Source of the DNA: Bdellovibrionota bacterium
GTDB taxonomy: Bacteria > Bdellovibrionota_C > UBA2361 > OMII01
Length of the DNA stretch: 64,000 nt
Reading direction: 5' to 3'
Assembly (NCBI GenBank): GCA_044356215.1
Contig: JBIKWQ010000002.1
Span: 25,824-89,823 of the forward strand
Each line of letters starts with the position of its first letter. Position 1 is the stretch's first letter. A model generated the notes under the pieces. The model searched no databases. It saw only the letters and a list, made by a program, of their open reading frames with translations, and was not told the origin of the DNA. Below are positions 1-9,007 of this stretch, in pieces. Both the position numbers and the translations under genes were made by a program.

Positions 1-114
1 ATTGATCTCGAGGGATTTGGGGCGTCAGGGGATTAAACGTATAGTTGACTCAGGCGGAGACGGTGATGCATTTTGGTTTAAAATCGCGACCAACCACTGA
101 ATAGTTACCCAGAT

Positions 115-510
115 TTAGCGAGTTCTAGACGGCATCGCCTGGGCGCGGCGCAAAGGACGCCCCGAGCTATTTATCGCTTGTTGGTGAGCTTGTTGGGATG
201 CAGTTGATCTCCCGCCTCTACCTAAGATGATTGACTTCATCATTTTGCGGCGCTCTTCGTAGGTAATTATATCATCCGAATCAGAGTTGTGTTGGCTGTA
301 ACCCAAGTCAGGGAGAACCGGACCATCTGTCGATCCAAATCGTTCGAGACTTGGCGATGGTCTGGAAGCTCTTCCCGCTCCCTGAACTGCGGGGGCGCCA
401 CACCCATAAGCTTCCGCGGCATCTCCGTAGCACTCCGCCTGAGCAAGATTAGCATCGGTAGAAATAAATAAGAGCGCAAAAAATGTGCTAAAAATAATTG
501 AGTGTTTCAT
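115..510 (-). CDS. Hypothetical secreted protein
   Basis: ORF 115..525, likely start MKHSIIFSTFF at 510. Signal-peptide-like N-terminus ending in AQA, followed by a Cys pair. No family recognised. Confidence 0.55.
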   Translation of the reverse strand: MKHSIIFSTFFALLFISTDANLAQAECYGDAAEAYGCGAPAVQGAGRASRPSPSLERFGSTDGPVLPDLGYSQHNSDSDDIITYEERRKMMKSIILGRGGRSTASQQAHQQAINSSGRPLRRAQAMPSRTR

Positions 511-604
511 AGAGTCATAATCCATAGAGTCACGCTTGCCGCGGGGTTTCTACTAATCATTATGGCACGTTTGCATGATCTTGTGACATTTTTGCTCAGG
601 AATC

Positions 605-767
605 TAGGGCGCCGCAGTTTTTTATCACCACAGAGGACGCAGAGGACACAGAGAACGGCCATTTTATAGGTAATTATGGGATTTTCTCTGTGTCCTCTGC
701 GTCCTCTGTGGTAAAAAATATTTTACGAATTATCCCAGCGGCTTACCAAAAACACTGCGACGCCCTG
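605..767. mobile_element. MITE family A, copy 1 (163 bp)
   Basis: TIRs TAGGGCGCCGCAGT ... ACTGCGACGCCCTG. Flanking 9-bp direct repeat TCAGGAATC (596-604, 768-776). Perfect internal 29-bp inverted repeat (627-655 / 684-712). Two more copies in the window. Confidence 0.9.
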
Positions 768-1013
768 TCAGGAATCAAATTTATCGTGAGAAGATGTGAC
801 CTATTTTCATTAGATTTACCTCCAAAAGAGCAAGTAATTCTGAGCAGATGAGCGATTAGATCGGGGGAGTACGAAAGGTAACGTAACTACTCACTGGATT
901 ATTTGGATCTTTGCAGTCATAACATCGCTAAAAGAGTAGCTAATCAATACCTGTATATCTTGTTGCGGGCCGCTGATCGGGTAAGAATGGGGCGTGATCT
1001 GCGAGTGTTTAAG

Positions 1014-2078
1014 ATGCGAGAAATACGATTTTATTCAGTGATGTTTTCTTTGTTGGGGCTTGTTTTAACAGCGAGCGCATGGCCCGCGCTCGCGGAGACA
1101 CGCCCGCCTCATGGCTTCAAGGCTGGAGTTGCTCGTAAGTCAACACCCCCTCCGGGTATGGTTTGGATCCCCGGAGGGAAATTCACCATGGGGAGCAAGG
1201 ACGATAGTAGTCGCTCAAATGAAGGTCCCCCGCATGCCGTTCACGTAGCCGGTTTCTGGATCGACCAGACCACGGTCACCAATGCGCAATTCGAGAAGTT
1301 TGTTAAAGCTACAGGCTACGTCACCACCGCCGAGAAGGTGCCTTCGTGGGATGAGTTGAGTAAGCAATTTCCTCCAGGTGCAGAGAAACCAACCGATCTG
1401 AAATTTGAGGCGGGGTCGCTGGTTTTTACCCCAACGAATGGGCCGGTCAATCGGAGAGATATGCGTAATTTTTGGCGCTGGGTTCCGGGCGCTAACTGGA
1501 GACATCCTGAAGGCCCAGGAAGTTCAATAGCGGACCGTATGGATCATCCGGTTGTCCAAGTGTCGTGGTTCGATGCGGAGGCTTATGCGAAGTGGGCAGG
1601 TAAACGACTTCCTACAGAGGCCGAGTGGGAGTTCGCGGCGCGCGGGGGGCTTGAGCAAAAGAAATTCCCGTGGGGCGATACAGATACAGTTGGCGGAAAA
1701 TTTATGGCGAACACCTGGCAGGGGGATTTTCCGTATCGTAATACTGCCGAGGATGGGTACGTTGGCACTGCGCCGGTGAGATCGTTCCCAGCTAATGGTT
1801 GCGGCCTCTTTGATATGGTCGGAAATGTTTGGCAGTGGTGTAGTGATTGGTATAGCGCTGATGCGTTTGTGCAGAGAGCACAAGAGCCGTCGTGTCACAA
1901 TCCTCAGGGGCCTGATAGCAGCCGGAATCAGCACAACCCAAATCAGGAACAGCGAGTTACCAAGGGTGGCTCCTTTCTCTGTCATGTAAGTTATTGCGAG
2001 AGCTACAGGCCTGCGGCGCGTCGCGGTACTCCGCCGGATACGGGGATGTCGCATATTGGGTTTCGGTGTGTGAGGTAG
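1014..2078 (+). CDS. Formylglycine-generating enzyme (SUMF1/FGE-sulfatase family), exported
   Basis: Motifs IPGGKFTMGS, RLPTEAEWEFAARGG, GGSFLCHVSYCESYRPAAR, HIGFRCV. Lies next to a sulfatase. Start uncertain (903/1014/1041). Confidence 0.93.
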   Translation: MREIRFYSVMFSLLGLVLTASAWPALAETRPPHGFKAGVARKSTPPPGMVWIPGGKFTMGSKDDSSRSNEGPPHAVHVAGFWIDQTTVTNAQFEKFVKATGYVTTAEKVPSWDELSKQFPPGAEKPTDLKFEAGSLVFTPTNGPVNRRDMRNFWRWVPGANWRHPEGPGSSIADRMDHPVVQVSWFDAEAYAKWAGKRLPTEAEWEFAARGGLEQKKFPWGDTDTVGGKFMANTWQGDFPYRNTAEDGYVGTAPVRSFPANGCGLFDMVGNVWQWCSDWYSADAFVQRAQEPSCHNPQGPDSSRNQHNPNQEQRVTKGGSFLCHVSYCESYRPAARRGTPPDTGMSHIGFRCVR

Positions 2079-2219
2079 TGAGTGGTCAATCCCTGAATAG
2101 GCTTCACGTGAGACATCTTCCCCCTTGTCTCCACCCCCCTAATTTGATTTAATACCGGCACTTCGCGTTATTCGTAGCGCTTGCAACTGTATTCTTTCCA
2201 TTTACATCCCGGAGGTAAT

Positions 2220-3785
2220 ATGAGCCTTAAAAGAGTATCAGCGTTAGCAACAGCGGTTGCCCTGGTCTTCGCCAGTTTTTGCATCACAACCGTCTCAGCT
2301 CAAACAAAGAGCAAGAAGCCTAATATTTTGGTAATCTGGGGCGACGACGTCGGAGTTTTTAACGTCGGTGCCTACAATATGGGCATGATGGGTTATAAAA
2401 CACCCAATATCGACAGAATCGCTAAAGAGGGGGCTCTCTTCACCGATTGGTACGGCCAACAGAGCTGCACCGCGGGTCGCGCGGCTTTTATTACTGGACA
2501 GTCCCCAATTAGAACTGGGTTAACAAAGGTCGGTCTTCCAGGCGCTCCAGAAGGGATGAAGAAAGAGGATCCAACTATTGCTACCCTTCTCAAGGCGCAA
2601 GGTTATGTGACCGGACAGTTTGGAAAGAATCACTTGGGAGATCGTGATGAGATGCTTCCAACTCAACACGGCTTTGATGAATTCTTCGGAAACCTCTACC
2701 ACCTGAACGCGGAAGAGGAGCCTGAGCATCCTGATTATCCAAAGAGTCCGGAGTTTAAGAAGCGGTTTGGCCCTCGTGGTGTTATGCATAGCTTCGCTGA
2801 TGGCCGAATTGAGGATACAGGCCCTCTGACAAAGAAGCGCATGGAGACGATCGATGAGGAGGTTAGCGCTAAGACCTTTGCGTTCATGGAGAAGGCGGTC
2901 AAAGATGACAAGCCGTTCTTTGTTTGGTGGAACTCAACGAAGATGCATATCTTCACGCACCTAAATGAAGGGGTTGCTGGAAAGACAGGGTTAGGAATCT
3001 ATGCCGATGGTATGGTTGAGCACGACAGACAGGTAGGCGAGCTGTTAGCTAAACTTAAGGAGCTTGGAGTAGAAGAGAACACTATAGTCATGTACTCCAC
3101 TGATAACGGAGCCGAGGCGTTCACTTGGCCAGATGGTGGAACAACTATGTTCCGTGGCGAGAAGAATACGCAGTGGGAGGGAGGCTACCGAGTTCCATGC
3201 GCGATTAAATGGCCTGGAGTTATTAAGGCTGGAACGATCGTTAATGATATAGGCGCGCATGAGGATATGATGCCAACGCTGCTCGCCGCCGCGGGGGATT
3301 TAAGTGCCAAAGACGAGTTGTTAAAGGGCCGCAAGAGTGGTGCTCGTTCTTACAAGGTGCACCTCGATGGATACAACCTCTTGCCAGCGTTACAAGGAAC
3401 AGAGGCTTGGCCGAGAAAAGACTTCATCTACTTTACAGATGATGGAGATGCGGCAGCTCTTCGTTATGACAACTGGAAGATTACTTTCTTACGTCAGAAC
3501 GCGCACGGAATGCACGTGTGGTTAGAGCCATTTGAGCAGTTACGTGCTCCGATGATCACCAATCTCCGCATGGATCCGTTTGAGTTGGCCCATGAGATCG
3601 GGATGGATTATCAACGTTGGTTCCTTGAGCACATGTTTGTTATAGCGCCAGCAGCTTCGTATGTGGGTCAGTGGCTTCAAAGCTTTAAGGAGTTCCCGCC
3701 ACGTCAAAAGCCAGGTAGCTTTAACCTGAATCGTGTGATGGATGCATTAACTCGTCCCGCTGGAAACGGCAACGGCACCAACTAA
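2220..3785 (+). CDS. Arylsulfatase (Cys-type), exported
   Basis: KPNILVIWGDD, SCTAGR FGly motif, GKNHLG, STDNG. GGAGG RBS precedes ATG 2220. Signal peptide present. Confidence 0.95.
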   Translation: MSLKRVSALATAVALVFASFCITTVSAQTKSKKPNILVIWGDDVGVFNVGAYNMGMMGYKTPNIDRIAKEGALFTDWYGQQSCTAGRAAFITGQSPIRTGLTKVGLPGAPEGMKKEDPTIATLLKAQGYVTGQFGKNHLGDRDEMLPTQHGFDEFFGNLYHLNAEEEPEHPDYPKSPEFKKRFGPRGVMHSFADGRIEDTGPLTKKRMETIDEEVSAKTFAFMEKAVKDDKPFFVWWNSTKMHIFTHLNEGVAGKTGLGIYADGMVEHDRQVGELLAKLKELGVEENTIVMYSTDNGAEAFTWPDGGTTMFRGEKNTQWEGGYRVPCAIKWPGVIKAGTIVNDIGAHEDMMPTLLAAAGDLSAKDELLKGRKSGARSYKVHLDGYNLLPALQGTEAWPRKDFIYFTDDGDAAALRYDNWKITFLRQNAHGMHVWLEPFEQLRAPMITNLRMDPFELAHEIGMDYQRWFLEHMFVIAPAASYVGQWLQSFKEFPPRQKPGSFNLNRVMDALTRPAGNGNGTN

Positions 3786-3806
3786 AGTTTTAATATGGAG
3801 TTTATC

Positions 3807-4490
3807 ATGAAGACTAAGAGTTCATTATCTTTTATAGCAATCGCTTTAACAGTATCCCTTGTAAGCGCTTCAACCGCCTTCGCTGGCCCGATTAAGGATG
3901 CGGTTACCGGTGCTGCTGGCTTTGTTGGAGACACTGTATCCGACACAGCCAAGGCTGTGGGTAAAACAGTAGGCGATGTTACTGACAGAGTAACAGGAGA
4001 CGTTAAGTATGGTGAAGTTCGCCGTGAGCTTGATGCAACCGCTGACGCTACTCTAAAGCGTTTATTCAAGACAGTTCCGCAGGCGAAGGAGCTGTTCGAT
4101 AGGTCTTTTGGCTACGCGGTTTTTGATAACCATAAGACGGCTTTCCTTTTAGCCGCTGGATCGGGTGCTGGAGTAGCTGTGCGCAAGGATTCAGGAGCTA
4201 GGACCTATATGCGCATGGGTTCCCTTGGAGCTAACCTTGGAGCAGGAGCGCAGTTTTATCACTCTGTATTCCTGTTTGAAACAGAGAGCGCTTACAGATC
4301 GTTTGTTGATTCAGGTTGGGAGGCAACAACAGCCGCAGACGCATCTTTTGGTAAGGCAGCGGCAGGGGTAGAGGTTAAGTTTAATGGCGGCATGGCCTTC
4401 TTTAATCTCGCGGATTCCGGAGCGCTCGTGGCTGTTAGTATTGCTGGAACCAAGTATTGGGTTTCAGAGGATCTGAATAAGAAGAACTAA
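3807..4490 (+). CDS. Ysc84/SYLF-like lipid-binding domain protein, exported
   Basis: Signal peptide. Pattern GYAVF...GSGAGVAV...YMRMGSLGANLGAGAQFY...SIAGTKYW is typical of bacterial Ysc84-like proteins. Confidence 0.7.
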   Translation: MKTKSSLSFIAIALTVSLVSASTAFAGPIKDAVTGAAGFVGDTVSDTAKAVGKTVGDVTDRVTGDVKYGEVRRELDATADATLKRLFKTVPQAKELFDRSFGYAVFDNHKTAFLLAAGSGAGVAVRKDSGARTYMRMGSLGANLGAGAQFYHSVFLFETESAYRSFVDSGWEATTAADASFGKAAAGVEVKFNGGMAFFNLADSGALVAVSIAGTKYWVSEDLNKKN

Positions 4491-4512
4491 ATCCTGACTA
4501 GCTGTTACCGCT

Positions 4513-5277
4513 GTGCATATGTTGAGACGTTTCACTGCTTCAATACTCGTGTCAGCGGTAGCGCTGCTACCTTCTTTTTCGGCAACGGCCCAGGACTGGG
4601 AATTTGTCGTGGCTCCTTATGTGCTAGTCCCAAGTATTACAGGGGATGCGTCGTTAGGCAGGATCGAAGGAGCTGACGTTGACGTGTCATCTTCCGATAT
4701 CCTTAAAAGCCTAGACCTTGGAGCGATGATCCAGGTTGAGGGTAGGCACTCAAGCAGCTATGGATTCGTTCTTAATTACGCGTTCATGGATCTTAGCAAC
4801 AAGGCCTCTGGTCCGTTGGGATTTGTTGATGTTGAGTCAAATGTATTTCAAGGCGTTCTTGAGGCTTTCGGAAGCCGACGTTTTTCGTACCAAGGTGGAA
4901 CAGTAGATCTGTACGGTGGTTTGCGTTGGTGGGATATTAATCTTGATGTTGAAGCAGAGACGCCACTTGGAAGTAGAAAATTTAGCAGGAACGAGGATTG
5001 GGTAGATCCGGTAATTGGAGCGCGTTGGATGCCTCGTGTCGCTGATTCGCTAAGACTGCTTATTCAGGGCGACGTAGGTGGATTCGGAGCTGCTTCAGAT
5101 TTCTCCTGGTGCGCTATGGGCGGATTGCTTTGGGATGTTACTCCAGAGACCACTGTAGCTTTGCTATATAAGGCTTTAGGTGTTGATTACCAAACGGGTA
5201 GTCGTGGTTCGCGCTCGTTTTTTGAATATGACACGATCACTCAGGGGCCGCTCCTTGGAGTGGCCGTTAAGTTTTAA
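4513..5277 (+). CDS. Outer-membrane beta-barrel protein
   Basis: Signal peptide, amphipathic strands, WEFVVAPY, WVDPVIGAR, C-terminal GPLLGVAVKF (terminal Phe). Confidence 0.75.
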   Translation: MHMLRRFTASILVSAVALLPSFSATAQDWEFVVAPYVLVPSITGDASLGRIEGADVDVSSSDILKSLDLGAMIQVEGRHSSSYGFVLNYAFMDLSNKASGPLGFVDVESNVFQGVLEAFGSRRFSYQGGTVDLYGGLRWWDINLDVEAETPLGSRKFSRNEDWVDPVIGARWMPRVADSLRLLIQGDVGGFGAASDFSWCAMGGLLWDVTPETTVALLYKALGVDYQTGSRGSRSFFEYDTITQGPLLGVAVKF

Positions 5278-5310
5278 CTGGTCCGTTTAGCTCTAATAGG
5301 AGATCTCAAG

Positions 5311-7548
5311 ATGTTAGCTTTTAAGCGCCGTTTCGGGCTCTCGCTCTTTCTCACTTTCGTTATTGCTGCGGGTGTTGAGCCAGCCGGCGCTGAGACGCCA
5401 GCGGCTCGTCGCCCAAAGACAGGTCTTGTGTTAGCCGGAGGCGGTGCCTTGGGAATGGCGCACGTTGGCGTTCTTAAAGTGCTCGAGGAGAATCGGATCC
5501 CGGTAGATTTCATCACTGGAACCTCGATGGGATCAATCGTTGGTGCGGCTTACGCTTCGGGCGCTACGGTAGAAGAGATGGAGAGGCTACTCTCGAAAAC
5601 CGATTGGGACGCTCTCTTCAATGAGTCTCTTGCCAGAGAGGATGTAAAGTACCGAGATAAGTATGGGCGTGCTGGGCAATTCACAGGTGACGCCAAGATC
5701 GGGCTAAAGGATTCAGGGCTAGTGAGATTTAGCGGGGTGGTGTCGGGACAGAATGTGCTTCCGCTTCTGCAGCGCCTCTACTACAGAGCGCCAGGTGAGG
5801 TTGATTTTAAAAAATTACCGATCCCTTTTACAGCAGTGGCTGCTGATATTGAGACGGGAAAGGCTGTGCCGCTAAGTTCAGGGCAGCTTGCAGTGGCGGC
5901 GCGCGCCAGTATGGCGGTGCCGGGATTTTTTACTCCGGTGGAGCTAGATGGTAAGGCCTTAGTTGACGGTGGAATCGCGAATAATCTGCCGGTTGATATA
6001 GCGCTTCAGATGGGCGCGGAGCGGTTGATAGTAGTGGATCTTCTCGCGGACCTAAAGAAGAAGGATGAACTTGGGGGGATTCTCGGAATCTCTGGGCAGA
6101 TTATATCGATCCTGTTGCAGCAGAACTCAGATCTGCAAAGAAAGAATATGCGCAAAGGAGATCTCCTGCTTGAGCCTAATCTAAAGGGCTACAGCGCTAC
6201 GGATTTCCAGAAGGCATCTGAGATATTCGCTCGAGGGGAAGAGGTCGCACGAAAGAACGTCGCGGCCCTAAAGAAGTTCTCTGTATCAGATGCTGAATAC
6301 CAGCGTTACAAAGAGGCTTTGCAACAGGAGCAAACTGAGGCTCCTATAATCACGGCTTTTAGGCTCGATAGTGATGTTCCGGCCCGCAATCAACAGATCG
6401 AGCAATCCTTTGCTTCCCAGATCGGTAAACCGTTAGACACCGCGCATATCGAGAATATCATAGCTGATGAGTATAAATATGGAGATCTAACCTCTCTTTC
6501 TTACAAGGTAGAGACTGATGAGGATGGGAAGAATACCATCGCGGTAACCGCTAGAAAGCCTAAATGGTACGATCAGTATCTACAGGTTGGGTTCTCTCTG
6601 CAGGATGATTTTCAGGGAGACGATGCCTATCAGTTGGCTCTAGCTGCTCGCTTTAACGAGTTAAATGCCGCTGGCGCATTTTTAGACACCAGGCTCGACA
6701 TCGGTTGGAGGCCTCTATTTGAGCTCGATTATTATCAACCCTTCGCGCAGAATAGCAGCTTCTTTGTTAATCCAATTTTGACCCTCGATCGTTATCAGTT
6801 ACCGGTTCGAGTTGGAGGTGAGGATATAGCTGAGTACGAGAGAAACAGGATTGTTGGTGGACTCGGAATTGGTAGCAAGCTTGGAAAGGGTGGTGAGATA
6901 CAGGGAGGGATAAGACGCGGTAACGGAGATTTCTCAAGGCATATCGGAGACCCCTCGCTACCTGAGGGGAGTTATCAGATAGGAAGTTATTTCGGCAGTG
7001 TCGCTTTCGATTCACGCGACACTCCGGATTTCCCAAAGAAGGGAACTCTATTCACCTATGATATCTCTTACAACACAGATCAACTGGGCTCCTCTGATAA
7101 CTTTACACAGATGTCGGGTGGATTCTCGAAACCCATCACTTTTGGCGCGAATACCATTCTACTAGGAACTGAATATGGAGTTACTCTAGATAGGATCCCG
7201 GCAGAGAGGGTATTTGTCTTAGGCGGCATGTTTGACCTATCGGGCTACAGGCCCGGAGGAATCTCCGCGTCTGATTTCGTTATCGGACGAATCGGGCTTT
7301 ATAGAGAGTTGCAGTCGCTAGGTGGGGCAATGGCCAAGCTTAACCTATTTGGTGGTGGTACTTTTGAGATGGCTTCTGTGCGTAGCGATCTACAGTCTAT
7401 AGATGATAACACTGGGATAGTGGCCGGCTCGTTGTTTTTAGGCGCTGATACGCCTATTTTGCCGGTCTATTTCGCGGCAGGCATGAATAACGACAATGAA
7501 GCCTCGCTTTATATCAACATAGGCCGGATATTTAAGCCCAGAAGATAA
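5311..7548 (+). CDS. Patatin-like phospholipase with POTRA-like region and Omp85-type barrel (PlpD/type Vd architecture)
   Basis: GGGALG oxyanion motif, GTSMG nucleophile, DGG. C-terminal barrel ending SLYINIGRIF. Confidence 0.88.
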   Translation: MLAFKRRFGLSLFLTFVIAAGVEPAGAETPAARRPKTGLVLAGGGALGMAHVGVLKVLEENRIPVDFITGTSMGSIVGAAYASGATVEEMERLLSKTDWDALFNESLAREDVKYRDKYGRAGQFTGDAKIGLKDSGLVRFSGVVSGQNVLPLLQRLYYRAPGEVDFKKLPIPFTAVAADIETGKAVPLSSGQLAVAARASMAVPGFFTPVELDGKALVDGGIANNLPVDIALQMGAERLIVVDLLADLKKKDELGGILGISGQIISILLQQNSDLQRKNMRKGDLLLEPNLKGYSATDFQKASEIFARGEEVARKNVAALKKFSVSDAEYQRYKEALQQEQTEAPIITAFRLDSDVPARNQQIEQSFASQIGKPLDTAHIENIIADEYKYGDLTSLSYKVETDEDGKNTIAVTARKPKWYDQYLQVGFSLQDDFQGDDAYQLALAARFNELNAAGAFLDTRLDIGWRPLFELDYYQPFAQNSSFFVNPILTLDRYQLPVRVGGEDIAEYERNRIVGGLGIGSKLGKGGEIQGGIRRGNGDFSRHIGDPSLPEGSYQIGSYFGSVAFDSRDTPDFPKKGTLFTYDISYNTDQLGSSDNFTQMSGGFSKPITFGANTILLGTEYGVTLDRIPAERVFVLGGMFDLSGYRPGGISASDFVIGRIGLYRELQSLGGAMAKLNLFGGGTFEMASVRSDLQSIDDNTGIVAGSLFLGADTPILPVYFAAGMNNDNEASLYINIGRIFKPRR

Positions 7549-7558
7549 GCTTCTTGCC

Positions 7559-7574
7559 TGGCAAGGCAATTGCA
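7559..7574 (+). promoter_or_regulatory. Putative sigma54 (-24/-12) promoter for flgE
   Basis: TGGCAA-GGCAA-TTGCA matches TGGCAC-N5-TTGCW with exact GG-N10-GC spacing, about 65 bp upstream of the flgE ATG. Confidence 0.65.
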
Positions 7575-7640
7575 TTGGTCCTCTTAGCGGCTACAGAACC
7601 GGCAAGGATTGCCGGGGCCGAACAGGGGCATCGCGCAATC

Positions 7641-8903
7641 ATGGGAATAGAGTCCGCTATGAGAACCAGTCGTGAGGGGCTTACCGCCTTGGCGGATGGG
7701 CTCTCCCGTATAGGTAACAATATCTCAAATGCAAACACCACTGGTTATAAAGGGCAGAGAACTGAATTCGTATCACTTCTTGGAGAGAAAGAGGATGATA
7801 GGGGGGCAACGGTTCCAGCCGGTGCCGGTGACGGTGTGGCAGTTGGTGACATAAGGACAGACTACAGTACTGGAACTACGAACCCCACTGGACGGCCGCT
7901 CGACGCTGCTCTAACTGGTCGGGGATTCTTTCTAGTAGGAGACGCTAAGAAACCTGGTCTTACCAGAGTTGGAAATTTTAGAGTTACCAACGAAGGTTTA
8001 CTCAGCACGACAGAGGGGCTTCCAGTTCTTGGTTTCTCCGGGCGCGATACAGAGGTGCTCGGGCCTATCAACATGAACAATCTAGATATAAAGTCTCTCC
8101 CGACAACGCAGATCGCGCTGTTTGGCAATATCGATGGCGGGGGGCGAATCAATGAGGCTCCGGTTAATCCGACATCGTTTAACGATCTCAGCACAAACGC
8201 GGCGTTCGTTTCAACTCAAACAGCTTATGACGCTTCTGGCGGTCGTCATGACATTCAACTTTTTTATTTTCGAACGGCGGCTAATCAGTGGAATGTGCAG
8301 GCTTATGTTAACGGTGATGATGTTGGTCAAACCGCCGATCAGCCGGTATTGCTTGGGCAGGTTAGCTTTGGGTTTAATAGTGTCGGGCAGATTCCGACTG
8401 AGCAGCAAGGTCAAGCTGTGCTCAATCTAAATCCAGCATGGGCTGGTGGCGCGGCGCAGACACCATTTACGATCTCATTAGGTAAGCTCACTCAGTACGC
8501 TGGTGGCTCCCGAATTACAAACGTTCAGATGGATGGGCAGGGGACGGGAGATGTGGTCTCTTTTGAGATCGATGGCGGAGGAAGAATCTTCGGAATTACT
8601 GCGAACGGCGACAAGCTTCAAGCCGGCACCTTGGCGCTTGGATTAGTTACTAATAATGACGGATTGCAACGACAAGCTGATTCATTATACGAGGTCACCC
8701 AGGATTCTGGAGCGCTTAGAGTTGGGTTGGCTACTCAAGGTGGTCGAGGCGGAGTTCAAGGGGGAGCGCTAGAATTATCAAATGTTGATATCCCGCAGCA
8801 GTTTGTTGAGATGATTGTTATGCAGCGCGGATACCAAGCGAATTCTCAGGTTCTATCAGCAGCGAGTGATCTGCTTAAGAATACTATAGCGATGATTAGG
8901 TAG
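7641..8903 (+). CDS. flgE: Flagellar hook protein FlgE
   Basis: IGNNISNANTTGYK, LDAALTGRGFF, LELSNVD...MIVMQRGYQANS. Length (~420 aa) and a central hook domain favour FlgE over FlgG. Confidence 0.88.
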   Translation: MGIESAMRTSREGLTALADGLSRIGNNISNANTTGYKGQRTEFVSLLGEKEDDRGATVPAGAGDGVAVGDIRTDYSTGTTNPTGRPLDAALTGRGFFLVGDAKKPGLTRVGNFRVTNEGLLSTTEGLPVLGFSGRDTEVLGPINMNNLDIKSLPTTQIALFGNIDGGGRINEAPVNPTSFNDLSTNAAFVSTQTAYDASGGRHDIQLFYFRTAANQWNVQAYVNGDDVGQTADQPVLLGQVSFGFNSVGQIPTEQQGQAVLNLNPAWAGGAAQTPFTISLGKLTQYAGGSRITNVQMDGQGTGDVVSFEIDGGGRIFGITANGDKLQAGTLALGLVTNNDGLQRQADSLYEVTQDSGALRVGLATQGGRGGVQGGALELSNVDIPQQFVEMIVMQRGYQANSQVLSAASDLLKNTIAMIR

Positions 8904-8916
8904 TGGTTGAAAAATT

Positions 8917-8997
8917 CAAAACCTCGCATTCGCGATGTTTTGTTAAAAACGGCGCCATGTGCCGTCACCGAGGAGAACCCCGCACAAGCGGGGGGTT
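8917..8997. repeat. Short multi-hairpin repeat (family C, copy 1), probable bidirectional terminator or REP-like element
   Basis: CAAAACCTCGC-ATTC-GCGATGTTTTG followed by AACGGCGC-CAT-GTGCCGT. A close homologue lies at 62949-63000. Third hairpin at 8976-8997. Sits between convergent genes. Confidence 0.65.
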
Positions 8998-9007
8998 GCT
9001 CGTGTCT

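Noticed and set aside
563..575. TGGCACGTTTGCA as a sigma54 promoter
   Set aside because: The GG-to-GC spacing is too short; 10 nt are required.
627..712. MITE hairpin arms as CRISPR repeats or a tRNA
   Set aside because: The arms are inverted rather than direct, there is no cloverleaf, and they lie within a TIR-bounded element with target duplications.
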